Shown one piece after another: positions 21,016 through 30,358 of a DNA stretch of 64,000 nucleotides. This stretch comes from Candidatus Hydrothermus pacificus (GTDB taxonomy: Bacteria > Hydrothermota > Hydrothermia > Hydrothermales > Hydrothermaceae): NCBI GenBank assembly GCA_002011615.1, contig MTOH01000008.1, positions 6,460 through 70,459 on the forward strand, given 5' to 3'. The notes beneath the pieces are model-generated. The model had not been told where the DNA came from. It saw only the letters and a list, made by a program, of their open reading frames with translations, and did not search any database. Positions within the stretch are counted from its first letter, which is position 1, and each line of letters starts with the position of its first letter. The position numbers and the translations under genes are program-made.

Positions 21016-21481
21016 CCTTTACCTCCTTATCCGCATCTTCAATTTCCTTTTTCTTTTTTTCCTGGTATTCTTTTATTTTTTCTCTTAGACTTTTATCCTT
21101 AATTGCAATTATTTTGGCAGCAGCAAGACCAGCCTGTTCAGGCTCTAAAACAGTTAAGGGAGCAACACCTGAAGGCATCCTCAATGTGGAAAATATGTCA
21201 GCACCACCGAATTTCTCGCTATAAGGAGGACAGGCAATAACAGGACTTGCAGTATTTGCGTCCACAAACCCGCTCAATGCATTGCTCCTTCCTGCAACAG
21301 TTATAAACACAACATCCTGATTTTCGTATTCTTTTATAATCTCCAGGACTTTTAAGGGAACCTTGTGGGCAGATGCAATCCTCATTTTGTAATCAATTCC
21401 GAATTCCTCAAGAGTTTTTGCAATCTTTTTTGAATGCTCTATATCCGATTTTGAACCCATTATAATAATAATTTTTGACAT
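21008..21481 (-). CDS. purE: N5-carboxyaminoimidazole ribonucleotide mutase
   Basis: IIIMGSKSD...ASAHKVP...VFITVAGRSNALSG PurE signature. Size is 157 aa. Confidence 0.9.
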   Translation of the reverse strand: MSKIIIIMGSKSDIEHSKKIAKTLEEFGIDYKMRIASAHKVPLKVLEIIKEYENQDVVFITVAGRSNALSGFVDANTASPVIACPPYSEKFGGADIFSTLRMPSGVAPLTVLEPEQAGLAAAKIIAIKDKSLREKIKEYQEKKKKEIEDADKEVKDG

Positions 21482-21536
21482 ATTTTTTTCTCCTTTTGAG
21501 GTTAATTATAAAGGAAACACAACCTTTTCTTTCAAA

Positions 21537-22502
21537 TCATATTTTTTCCATTGCTTTTTCTATTAACCGTTCTATAAAAAGTTTATAGGAAATTCCTGCA
21601 TAAAAAAGTGCCTTATAAAATCCAGAATCTCTTGAAATATCAGGATTTGGATTTGCTTCAATAAAATAAATTTCACCATTTTTATCCATTCTTAAGTCTA
21701 TCCTTCCGTAATCTCTCATCTCAAGAATTTTAAAAATTTTAATTGAAATTTCTTCAATTTCTTTTTTCTCTTTCTCATTAATCATTGCGGGATAATGGAC
21801 CGGGGTTTCTATATATTCTTTACTTTTTTTATTCCATTTTGAACTGTATGTTAATATTTTGGGTTCTGTTTTAAAAACTATCTCACCTATTGCTATAACC
21901 CTGTCATCAAATACTGAAACATTGAATTCTCTACCATCAATAAATTTTTCTGCAGAAAATTCTATATTTTTACCCTCAAGCTCCCTTACCCTCTTGTAAT
22001 ATTCTTCTTTTTTAAAAATTACATTTTTCTTTTCAATAAAAAGGCTTGCATCCTTTTTCCTTGGTTTTAAAATAAGGGGTAAAAAATCAGGGGATTCCTT
22101 ATCCGGAATAAAACAGGGTGGTGTTTTTATTCCATAATGAGAAACAATTATCTTTGCTTTTATTTTATCAAGGCATAGATAAAGAGCTGAAGGCGGAGAA
22201 CCTGTATAAGGAATTTTTAGAATTTCAAGAATTCCTGCTATGTGTGCTTCTCCTTCAGAATTTCCTTCAAAGTCCTCACACAGGTTAAAAACTAAATCAA
22301 AGTTTTTCTTTTTTAAAATATCAATCCACCTGTAATCTTTACTAACAGGTAAAAGAAAATAAGAATATCCTAAATCTGAAATGGTTTCTTTAACTAAATT
22401 TACCTCATCCATAACACCTTTTCTATCAGGTAAATCCCTTTCCTCGGGTTTGTTAAAAAGGATACATATTTTTCCTTTATCCTTTAATCCCATATCTTTC
22501 AA
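21537..22502 (-). CDS. D-alanine–D-alanine ligase-like ATP-grasp enzyme (paralogue A)
   Basis: 321 aa. It has the Ddl N-domain pattern (FNLCEDFEGNSEGEAHIAGILEILKIPYTGS), the ATP-grasp central region and the C-terminal EANPNPDISRDSGFYKALFYAGISY motif, which is Ddl-like. Confidence 0.7.
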   Translation of the reverse strand: MKDMGLKDKGKICILFNKPEERDLPDRKGVMDEVNLVKETISDLGYSYFLLPVSKDYRWIDILKKKNFDLVFNLCEDFEGNSEGEAHIAGILEILKIPYTGSPPSALYLCLDKIKAKIIVSHYGIKTPPCFIPDKESPDFLPLILKPRKKDASLFIEKKNVIFKKEEYYKRVRELEGKNIEFSAEKFIDGREFNVSVFDDRVIAIGEIVFKTEPKILTYSSKWNKKSKEYIETPVHYPAMINEKEKKEIEEISIKIFKILEMRDYGRIDLRMDKNGEIYFIEANPNPDISRDSGFYKALFYAGISYKLFIERLIEKAMEKI

Positions 22503-23469
22503 AGGCGCTTTCCAGAATATTTTTTATAATTTCTTCATATTTAAATCCCATTTTATAGGCCATTATAGGTAAATCACTTGTTTCTGGATTAAGACCAGGT
22601 AAAGGATTTATTTCAAGAAAATAGGGGTTATAGTTTTCATCAAGTCTGAAATCAAATCTTGAAAAATCTCTTAATCCAAGAAACTTAAAGAGTTTTAAAA
22701 CAGCTCTTTTTATCTCTTCTTGAGTTCTTTCTGGAATATCCGGTGGAACTATATACTCTACCTCTTCTTTAAAATTTCTTTTTACTTCAAGAGAATATAA
22801 AAATTCTGAGTTTTTAAGTTTTTTCGGGCTTATTTCCATTAAGCCAAAGAATTTTATATTTTCATTTCCTATAATTCCTGCTGTAATCTCCTTACCCCCT
22901 ATGAATTTTTCAACCAGGAGAGGTTTATTGTATTTATTAAAGAGTTCCTCTGCTTTTTCTTTCAGTTCGGAAAGGCTGTTTACCCTTGAAGATAGTCTGA
23001 GTCCTATGCTTGAACCCTCATCTTTAAGTTTTAAAACACATAGAGAATATTTAAATTTAAAATTTTTAATTTCCTTTTTGTTTTTAATTACTTTAAAAAA
23101 GGGGGTTTTAATTCCAAGAGATTTTGCAAATCTTTTACAGATTTCCTTATCAAGGGTTATGTTTAAAGCAAGGGGGTCAGAACCAGAATAGGGAATAGAA
23201 AGCATCTCACAAACAGAGGGCACATGTCCCTCCCTTGACCTTGTTCCGAACCCTTCTGCAATGTTGAAAACAAAGTCAGGTCTTTCTTTGAGTATTTTAT
23301 CAATAAAGCTTTTTCCACCTCCAAGTAGTGAAACTTCATGTCCAAAACCTTCAATTGTTTTTTTTAAAGCATCTACAACTTTCTCTGAGTCAAATTCTTC
23401 ATAAATATCTTCTGGAAAACCTTCAGGAATATTTTCTGGTTTTAAATCAAAGGAAATTCCGATTTTCAT
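22477..23469 (-). CDS. D-alanine–D-alanine ligase-like ATP-grasp enzyme (paralogue B)
   Basis: 330 aa. It has FNIAEGFGTRSREGHVPSVCEMLSIPYSGS, an ATP-grasp core and a C-terminal EINPLPGLNPETSDLPIMAYKMGFKY motif. It overlaps paralogue A by 26 nt. Confidence 0.7.
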   Translation of the reverse strand: MKIGISFDLKPENIPEGFPEDIYEEFDSEKVVDALKKTIEGFGHEVSLLGGGKSFIDKILKERPDFVFNIAEGFGTRSREGHVPSVCEMLSIPYSGSDPLALNITLDKEICKRFAKSLGIKTPFFKVIKNKKEIKNFKFKYSLCVLKLKDEGSSIGLRLSSRVNSLSELKEKAEELFNKYNKPLLVEKFIGGKEITAGIIGNENIKFFGLMEISPKKLKNSEFLYSLEVKRNFKEEVEYIVPPDIPERTQEEIKRAVLKLFKFLGLRDFSRFDFRLDENYNPYFLEINPLPGLNPETSDLPIMAYKMGFKYEEIIKNILESAFERYGIKG

Positions 23470-23616
23470 TCTTTAAAACTTCAAAACATAAACAGGATGA
23501 AGTTTTGCAACCGGTTTAAAGAGGGAAAGTTCTAAGGACCTTATAAATACCTTTTGCCCCCTGTATTCAAAGGGAAGGTCCCGTGGTGACCTTATGAATT
23601 CAACTCCTTCTGTTCC

Positions 23617-24687
23617 CTATGTTAAGAGAATTTCAAAAAGTCTTTTTTCTTCTATTTCTTTAACACCCTTTACCTTCAAAATATGGGGGAAATTATATCC
23701 GGAACCATGGGGAATTATATTGGCATTTTTCAGGGAATCCATCAAATTGTATTTTTTGGCTCTTTTATCAAATCCGAGAGTTTTTATCACCTCTTTTTTT
23801 ATATTCTTTATTCCCTTTACAAGATATGCTGGCAATTCTGACCTCATAACAAAGGGGAAAATCTTTTTATCATCCTCAAAAGAATGGGCTCCAAGAAGAA
23901 TTTCTCCTTTATTTAAAATTCCCTGATGGGTTTCATTTGATATAATGTCAAAAGACCCGAAGAGATTTTCAGCAGCCAAAAGCCTTTTTCTTTTTGAAAA
24001 CTCATCTGCATAAAAATAAAACTCATAATACTCCTGTGCATCTTTCCCTTCAAGATAATGGAGTTTCCCAAAGGGTGTATCAAGAACTTTCGCCTTCTCT
24101 TTTAATGCCCTGCTTTCATCAAAGTAAAGACCTATTCCCTTTTTTGTTTCCCCCTTAAGTTCAGAAGAGGATGTATGAAGTATAAAAGCATAGGAAGGAA
24201 AAGAATTTCCCTCAAGGGGTTCTACCTCAAAGATATCAATAAAGTGATTTGATTCATAAAAATCCCATTTTATCTTTATTCCATCAATTTTAATGTTTTT
24301 TTCTTGAAGTTTTAAAAGATTTTTTATAAGCTTTTCATAGGAAGGAAGGTAATTTATTCCTCCAACAAGCATTCCACAGGTATTTGGTTTTATATCAAGG
24401 GGGAAGACCTCCAGTTTTTCCTTTGAACCGAAAACAATCTTGCCTCCATATCCAAAACCCTGATTCCATCTCGTTTTATTTCTTGTGATTGTCATATCAG
24501 GAGTTCCTATAAAATGGGGAATCTCTTTTAATCCAAATTCCCTTTGCATAAAAAGGAGTTTTGCAATTCCGTATCTTGTATTCAAAATGCACATTTCCTC
24601 GGCAACATCCTTAACTCCCATTGAAAATATAAGTTTCTCTGCTTTTAAAAGCAGTTCCTTCTTTAAATCAATTTCTTTCAATTTCAT
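23617..24687 (-). CDS. Conserved hypothetical protein (356 aa), co-translated with kamA
   Basis: The start overlaps the kamA stop (ATGA). No domain recognised by eye (GTPDMTITRNKTRWNQGFGYGG, NHFIDIFEVEP, IIPHGSGYNFPH). Confidence 0.4.
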   Translation of the reverse strand: MKLKEIDLKKELLLKAEKLIFSMGVKDVAEEMCILNTRYGIAKLLFMQREFGLKEIPHFIGTPDMTITRNKTRWNQGFGYGGKIVFGSKEKLEVFPLDIKPNTCGMLVGGINYLPSYEKLIKNLLKLQEKNIKIDGIKIKWDFYESNHFIDIFEVEPLEGNSFPSYAFILHTSSSELKGETKKGIGLYFDESRALKEKAKVLDTPFGKLHYLEGKDAQEYYEFYFYADEFSKRKRLLAAENLFGSFDIISNETHQGILNKGEILLGAHSFEDDKKIFPFVMRSELPAYLVKGIKNIKKEVIKTLGFDKRAKKYNLMDSLKNANIIPHGSGYNFPHILKVKGVKEIEEKRLFEILLT

Positions 24688-26031
24688 CTATTCCTCCTTC
24701 TTTCAATTCTTTCTGTTTTCTCAGGAATTAAATAACCCCTTTTTCCCTTTAAAAGTCCGTATATACCCTCTTTATTTTCCCATAGAATATCTTCTTCCTT
24801 CTTTTTGTTCCAGGTGTATGATACAATCATTCCTTCATAATTTCTTAAAATTATTTTCCCATCTGACATTGAAATTACATAGTTGGGCATAACAGGAATT
24901 TTGCCTCCTCCGTGTGGCATATCTACTACATAGGTGGGAACAGAGAGTCCTGAAATATGACCTCTCAATCCCTCAATTATTTCAATTCCCTTGTAAACAG
25001 AGGTTCTGAAATGGGAGACTCCTTTTGTAGGGTCACAGTGAAAAAGATAATAGGGTCTTACCTTTATTTTTAAAAGACCTTTCAAAAGCTCTCTCATAAC
25101 AGGGACACTATCATTAATTCCTTTCAAAAGGACTGTCTGATTGTTAACAGGTATTCCGCATTTTAGAAGGTTTAAAATAGCCCTTTTTGAATATTCTGTT
25201 ATTTCTCTCGGGTGATTGAAATGGGTATTTAACCAGAGAAAATCGTATTGTGATAAAAGGTTTAAAAGCTCCCGGTCAAAAAGTCTCATGGGAAGCAAAA
25301 CAGGAATCCTGGAACCGATTCTAACAACCTCTATGGAGGGAATGGTTTTAAGACCATCTAAAATAAATTTTAATTTTAGTAAGGGCAGAGTTAAAGGGTC
25401 ACCTCCTGAAAGAATAACATCTGTTATTTCCGGATGATTTTTTAAATAATCTAAAACTCTTTCAAATTCCTGATAAATTTTTACTGTTCCTCCCTTACCA
25501 AGAAGTCTTTTTCTTGTGCAGTGTCTGCAATAGGTAGCACAGAAATTTGTTGTTATTAAAAGAACTCTGTCAGGGTACCTGTGAACAAGACCAGGAACAA
25601 CTTCATCCTCTTCTTCCTCAAGGGGGGTCTCTTTCGCCCTTATAGTCAAGTAGTTCATCAATAACTGGTATTGCCTGCTTTTTTACAGGGTCATCAGGGT
25701 CAAAGGGATCTATAAGGGAAAGATAATAGGGGGAAATAAGAAGGGGATAAATCCTGTGGACTCTTTTCACATTTTCTTTTTCTTCTGAATTTAAATAAGG
25801 GAAGGCTTCAAAAAGATGAGAAGGATTTTTTATCATGTTCTTTATCTGCCATCTCCAGTCAAGAAACACTTCAGGAGGAATATTTTTATAAAGAGGGAGT
25901 TTCTGCCAGGGATAGACTTCCCTCTCAATGACGAGAGAAAGGGAAGGGGGTTCTTCCTTATCTCCCCCGGTTTCTTTACCGGTAGAGAAATTATTCACCC
26001 TTTTAGTTTTCTCACCTTTTTTATTTTTCAT
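24684..26031 (-). CDS. kamA: Lysine (or other amino acid) 2,3-aminomutase family radical SAM enzyme (KamA), interrupted by an apparent frameshift
   Basis: The N-terminal ORF (25618..26031) carries the KamA N-region (LISPYYLSLIDPFDPDDPVKKQAIPVIDEL). The C-terminal ORF (24684..25661) carries VHRYPDRVLLITTNFCATYCRHCTRKR (CxxxCxxC) and the rest of the KamA core. The two frames overlap at a C6 run on the coding strand. Confidence 0.8.
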
Positions 26032-26153
26032 TTCTCCCTCTTAAAGTTTTAATTTACTTAACATAAATTTAAGTATTTTAATAATAATTCAATAATACAA
26101 AATTTGTCAAGTATAATTTGAAATTTTTACAAAAATAAGTTTATAATTAATGT

Positions 26154-26714
26154 ATGAATTTCGAAAAGGAAGTAGGTTATAGAATAAGAAAGATTAGAAA
26201 AAGTGAAGGCATAACTTTGAAGGAACTATCTTCAAGGGCGGGTATAACAAAGTCAGCCCTTTCCCAGATTGAAAGGGGAATAATAACACCCTCAATAGTC
26301 ACCTTCAAATCAATTCTTGATGCTCTTGGAGTTAGTTTTTCTGAATTCTTTGAAAAAGAAGATAAAGAAAGTTTTTTTGTTTTGAGAAAGAGCGATTATA
26401 AATACCTTGACAAAGAAGACATTGACCTTCTTCTTTTAACTCCTTTTGGCAGTAATAAATCCTTTGATATTTTAAGAATACGGATACCACCTTCTACATC
26501 CACAAGAGTTGAGTCTCCACATGATGGAGAGGAATCGGGCATTGTATTAAGAGGGGCAGTTTATTTTTACTTTGGTAAAAAGAAATTAAAAATAAAAAGA
26601 GGAGAAACTTATCTTTTTTATCCTGATAAGCCTCACTTTTTTGAAAATCGCTCTAAAAATAAACCCGTAGTATTACTTCATATTGTTTCCCCACCCAATA
26701 TTGATGTATTTTGA
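26154..26714 (+). CDS. XRE-family HTH transcriptional regulator with C-terminal cupin domain
   Basis: N-terminal HTH_3 (GITLKELSSRAGITKSALSQIERG) and a C-terminal cupin barrel. It is divergent from the kamA cassette. Confidence 0.8.
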   Translation: MNFEKEVGYRIRKIRKSEGITLKELSSRAGITKSALSQIERGIITPSIVTFKSILDALGVSFSEFFEKEDKESFFVLRKSDYKYLDKEDIDLLLLTPFGSNKSFDILRIRIPPSTSTRVESPHDGEESGIVLRGAVYFYFGKKKLKIKRGETYLFYPDKPHFFENRSKNKPVVLLHIVSPPNIDVF

Positions 26715-26860
26715 AAATTTCTCTTTTTTAATTTCGGGACTATTTTAAGAAGTATATTTGAAGGTTATTATCCCTTTTGGGAGTAATTTTGCAAGTTTTA
26801 TCAGTTTTTTACTTTTTATTTTTAATAATACCAAGGATAAGGGAGCCCAGCAAATAAATA

Positions 26861-26880
26861 ATTATTGAAATTTCAATAAT
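26861..26880. promoter_or_regulatory. 20-bp perfect palindrome ATTATTGAAATTTCAATAAT, candidate operator
   Basis: Seen directly in the sequence, about 57 bp upstream of the CDGSH gene ATG. Perfect dyad symmetry. Confidence 0.3.
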
Positions 26881-26936
26881 ACCTCCCTTAAAATAATTTT
26901 TTAATATAATAATCTTTTTGCAAGGAGGTTCACACC

Positions 26937-27152
26937 ATGAAAATAAAAATGGAGAAAAATGGACCCATCGTTGTAATGCTTAAAGAAAAGTCCAGGACAA
27001 AACTTAAAAGAGAAGATGGAGAAGAAGAAATTGAAACACAGGTTATAGCCTTATGCAGATGCGGTGCATCAAAAAACAAACCCTTCTGTGACGGAAGTCA
27101 TAAAGAAGCAAGATTTGAAGCTGATAAGATAGAACTGGAAATAACGGAGTAG
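26937..27152 (+). CDS. CDGSH-type iron-sulfur domain protein (mitoNEET-like)
   Basis: Contains the literal CxC...FCDGSH motif (CRCGASKNKPFCDGSHKE). Size is 71 aa. Confidence 0.75.
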   Translation: MKIKMEKNGPIVVMLKEKSRTKLKREDGEEEIETQVIALCRCGASKNKPFCDGSHKEARFEADKIELEITE

Positions 27153-27266
27153 ATTTTTCAGAGAATATCTTTAAATAAACATTTAATTTAGATTGTAGAT
27201 TTGAATTTCCAGTTTTATTTCCTTTATAATTAATAGTTAGTATTCCTAGCTTTAAGGAGGTTAAAA

Positions 27267-27797
27267 ATGAAGCCAACAGAAATTTTAAAACATGAACACA
27301 GGGTAATAGAAAAAATGATTTCCGTGCTCGATGCTTTTTGCAAAAATGTAGAAAAGGGAGACTTCAAAAGGGAAGATGCCCAAAAGATAGTTGACTTTTT
27401 TAAAACCTTTGCAGATAAGTGCCATCACGGAAAGGAAGAAAATATGCTATTTCCGGAAATGGAAAAGGCAGGGGTTCCCAAAGAAGGAGGTCCCATAGGT
27501 GTTATGCTTTTTGAACACAAGCAGGGAAGAAATTTTATAAAGGGAATGGATTCAGGAATTAAGGAAAACAATGCAAAAAGCTTTTTAGAAAATGCAAGAA
27601 ATTATATAAATCTTTTAAAAGAGCACATTTACAAGGAAGATAATATTCTCTTTAACATTGCAGAAGCACATTTAACATCCAAGGTGCAGGAAAATCTCAT
27701 TGAAAGGTTTGAAAAATTTGAAAATGAGGTTATAGGCAAAGAGGTTCATGAAAAATATCATGAACTTGTGCACCAGATGGAGAAAAAGTACATGTAA
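27267..27797 (+). CDS. Hemerythrin-like (HHE cation-binding) domain protein
   Basis: Spaced His/Glu ligand pattern (HEHRVIE...CHHGKEEN...FEHKQG...HIYKEDN...HE..H). It is preceded by a strong RBS AAGGAGG. Size is 176 aa. Confidence 0.6.
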   Translation: MKPTEILKHEHRVIEKMISVLDAFCKNVEKGDFKREDAQKIVDFFKTFADKCHHGKEENMLFPEMEKAGVPKEGGPIGVMLFEHKQGRNFIKGMDSGIKENNAKSFLENARNYINLLKEHIYKEDNILFNIAEAHLTSKVQENLIERFEKFENEVIGKEVHEKYHELVHQMEKKYM

Positions 27798-27799
27798 AC

Positions 27800-28606
27800 A
27801 TGGCTTTTAAAGATTTTTTGAAATTAATCCCCAAAAAACACGGAGCCTGGTCTATATTTTTTATCTCAATAATTACAGGAGCCTTTTGCGCAAAAAATTT
27901 TAAACCAGTTCCCTTTTTACTTTTATTTGTATCCTCACTGTCAGGTTTTCTTTTAAGGGAAAATATAAGTTTATTTTTAAAGTTAAAGAAAGAGGACAAA
28001 AGAAAAAAATTTGTTTTTAAAATTTCTTTAATTTATTTTTTCCTTATAATTCTTACCCTTTTGCCTTTACTTCTATTTTACAGATTTTATCTTTTGATCC
28101 CTATCTCAATGCTGGCAGGTTTTATAACAACTATAAGTTTTTACTTTTCATTAAATAAAAAAGAGTTAACAGTTCCCGCGGAAATCACGGGAATATTCGG
28201 TCTCTCCCTTTTGCTTTTAGCCTTTTATTATATATCAAAAGGGTTTATTGACAAAGAAGGAGTATTTTTATTTATCTTTGCTTTCCTGTTTTTCACAGGT
28301 AGTGTTTTTCATGTCAGGTATCTTGTAAGAAGCAAAAATATTCTGTCCGAGGATTTTCTAAAAAGACTAAAAGCGGGTAAATATTCTCTTTTATATCACA
28401 CATTTTTCTTTATAATTTCAATTTATCTATCTTTAAAAAATTACACGCCCTCCCTTGCCTATATTGCTGTTTTACCCGCATTATTTAAATCTTATTTTTT
28501 TGTTTTAAGAAAACTTAACAGGCCTTTGTCTATAAAAGAAGTGGGTTTTATAGAACTATCTGTATCAATTGCCTTTGCCTTGATTTTGATTGGTATTTAT
28601 TATTAA
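27800..28606 (+). CDS. Polytopic integral membrane protein (about 8 TM helices), unknown function
   Basis: Hydrophobic throughout. It starts 3 nt after the hemerythrin-like gene stop. Confidence 0.5.
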   Translation: MAFKDFLKLIPKKHGAWSIFFISIITGAFCAKNFKPVPFLLLFVSSLSGFLLRENISLFLKLKKEDKRKKFVFKISLIYFFLIILTLLPLLLFYRFYLLIPISMLAGFITTISFYFSLNKKELTVPAEITGIFGLSLLLLAFYYISKGFIDKEGVFLFIFAFLFFTGSVFHVRYLVRSKNILSEDFLKRLKAGKYSLLYHTFFFIISIYLSLKNYTPSLAYIAVLPALFKSYFFVLRKLNRPLSIKEVGFIELSVSIAFALILIGIYY

Positions 28607-28739
28607 AAAATCTATTTAACTGCTTTAGGTTTTAAAACAAACAGTATATTTTGAAATAATTTTTTATTTGAAATATATTGCTTTTATTTTTTTTATCTGA
28701 TTTTTTCCTATATAATATTATCTTTAACTTTAAAGGAGG

Positions 28740-29486
28740 TTGACAATGATGAGAATATCTGTTTCTCTATTTCTGATGTGTTTTGTTATATACGCATCTC
28801 AAGAATTCAAGAATCTAAAATTAGATGTTGAAAGTGGGATAGCTTTCAGTGGTTACAACGATGTACGGATTCCCAACGACGGAGGGACGTTGTTCTCTTT
28901 ATCCGAAGAACTTAAAGCAGAACCCACTTTCTTTTATAGAATTCGTACAATTTACAGATTTAAAAATAGGCATTATCTGGGATTACTTCTTGCTCCCCTT
29001 AAAATCCACTCTTCCGGAAAACTGAATAAGAATTTGATATTCCAAAATGACACATTTCCTGCAAATACGGAACTGGAAGCAATGTTTAAATTCAACTCAT
29101 ATCGTATTTTTTACTGGTATGATATTGTAAGAAGAGAAAAACTTGTTTTCGGACTTGGATTTACTGCGAAAATCCGTGATGCAAAGATAAGGATAAAAAG
29201 TAAAAATATTGAATCAGAAAACAGTAATGTTGGGTTTGTTCCTATCATACATTTCAGGTTTATCTACAGGTTAAACCCAAAACTTTCATTTCTTGTTGAC
29301 GGTGACGCCCTTGTGGCACCTCAGGGACGTGCTGAAGATATTCTTACTGCAATTAAATTTAATTTGAACGACAAAATTAATTTTAAGTTGGGTTATCGTA
29401 TATTAGAAGGTGGTTCTGATAGTGAAACTGTTTATACTTTTGCACTAATTCACTATGGAGTTCTTGGAGTAGAAGTTAAATTCTGA
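28740..29486 (+). CDS. Secreted outer-membrane beta-barrel-like protein
   Basis: Signal peptide, alternating amphipathic beta pattern and C-terminal ...LGVEVKF ending in Phe. Confidence 0.4.
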   Translation: MTMMRISVSLFLMCFVIYASQEFKNLKLDVESGIAFSGYNDVRIPNDGGTLFSLSEELKAEPTFFYRIRTIYRFKNRHYLGLLLAPLKIHSSGKLNKNLIFQNDTFPANTELEAMFKFNSYRIFYWYDIVRREKLVFGLGFTAKIRDAKIRIKSKNIESENSNVGFVPIIHFRFIYRLNPKLSFLVDGDALVAPQGRAEDILTAIKFNLNDKINFKLGYRILEGGSDSETVYTFALIHYGVLGVEVKF

Positions 29487-29490
29487 AACC

Positions 29491-29961
29491 TCATCTGTTA
29501 AGGATAAAAATAGAGTAATTTAAAATTGTCGCAAAACTTACCCATAGAAAGTAGGGCAGTAAAAGAACTCCTGCAAAAGTATTTATTTTAAGAAAGGCAA
29601 TAACATTTACAAATATTAAAATTAGAAGAAAAATTATATCAATTAAACCAAGAAAAGGGTTTTTCATTTTGAAAAAGAAAAATGACCATAAAATGTTTAA
29701 TAAGAGCTGAGCAGAATAAATTGTCAGAATAAAACAGGCTCTATTTCCAAAATTTTTTGTCCACACAATGAAAAAGGCAATCCCCATTAATATAAAAAGC
29801 AAAGTCCATACGGGTGCAAAAATCCAGTCAGGTGGATTAAAAAAGGGCTTTTTTATTGTTAAATACCATGTTTTAACCGACCGGGATGTAAAAAAAGAGC
29901 CTATAAATCCCACAATTAATGGTATTGAAATTGAAATAAAAAGTTTTAACAAGGATTTCAT
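29491..29961 (-). CDS. tspO: TspO/MBR (tryptophan-rich sensory protein) family
   Basis: 156 aa with 5 TM helices and conserved PPDWIFAPVWTLLF and LLLPYFLWVSFA motifs. Confidence 0.8.
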   Translation of the reverse strand: MKSLLKLFISISIPLIVGFIGSFFTSRSVKTWYLTIKKPFFNPPDWIFAPVWTLLFILMGIAFFIVWTKNFGNRACFILTIYSAQLLLNILWSFFFFKMKNPFLGLIDIIFLLILIFVNVIAFLKINTFAGVLLLPYFLWVSFATILNYSIFILNR

Positions 29962-30010
29962 TTAAAAACCTCCTTTTAAATTACAAATTTGTTTTTCCCA
30001 AAATTCCTTT

Positions 30011-30358
30011 TTACCTTCTATAATAACATAAAAAAATCGGATTCGGACAAGGTAGATTTACTTTAAGATTTCTAAGTTTAAAATAATTATCAGGTGTTCT
30101 ATTTTTCAACTTTTTAATGAGATATTCAAATTCAAACTTAAGCTGTCCTTTTTTCTCTGATTCTTCAAAAACCCAGAAAAGATATGAATTTATAGCACCT
30201 AAAGGTCTTTTATAATTCTTAAATCTTATAAGTCGGGGATGGTTTTTATAACCTCTTGTTTTCCCTTCCAAAACTTTTTTAGCCAGCAAACCTTCTTGCC
30301 AGAGAACAATAAAGCCAATTCTATCCAAATATTTGAGATGTATTGACCATATTCTCAT
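30011..30358 (-). CDS. Pyrimidine dimer DNA glycosylase family (T4 endonuclease V-like)
   Basis: N-terminal MRIWSIHLKYLDRIGFIVLWQEGLLAKKVLEGKTRGYKNHPRLIRF closely follows the Pyr_excise family N-terminus. Confidence 0.55.
   Translation of the reverse strand: MRIWSIHLKYLDRIGFIVLWQEGLLAKKVLEGKTRGYKNHPRLIRFKNYKRPLGAINSYLFWVFEESEKKGQLKFEFEYLIKKLKNRTPDNYFKLRNLKVNLPCPNPIFLCYYRR

Noticed and set aside
26861-26880. FNR/CRP-type box reading of the palindrome (TTGA-N4-TCAA)
   Set aside because: The half-site spacing is one nt too close to the dyad centre for TTGAT-N4-ATCAA, and FNR and CRP bind different core sequences. Kept only as a generic candidate operator.
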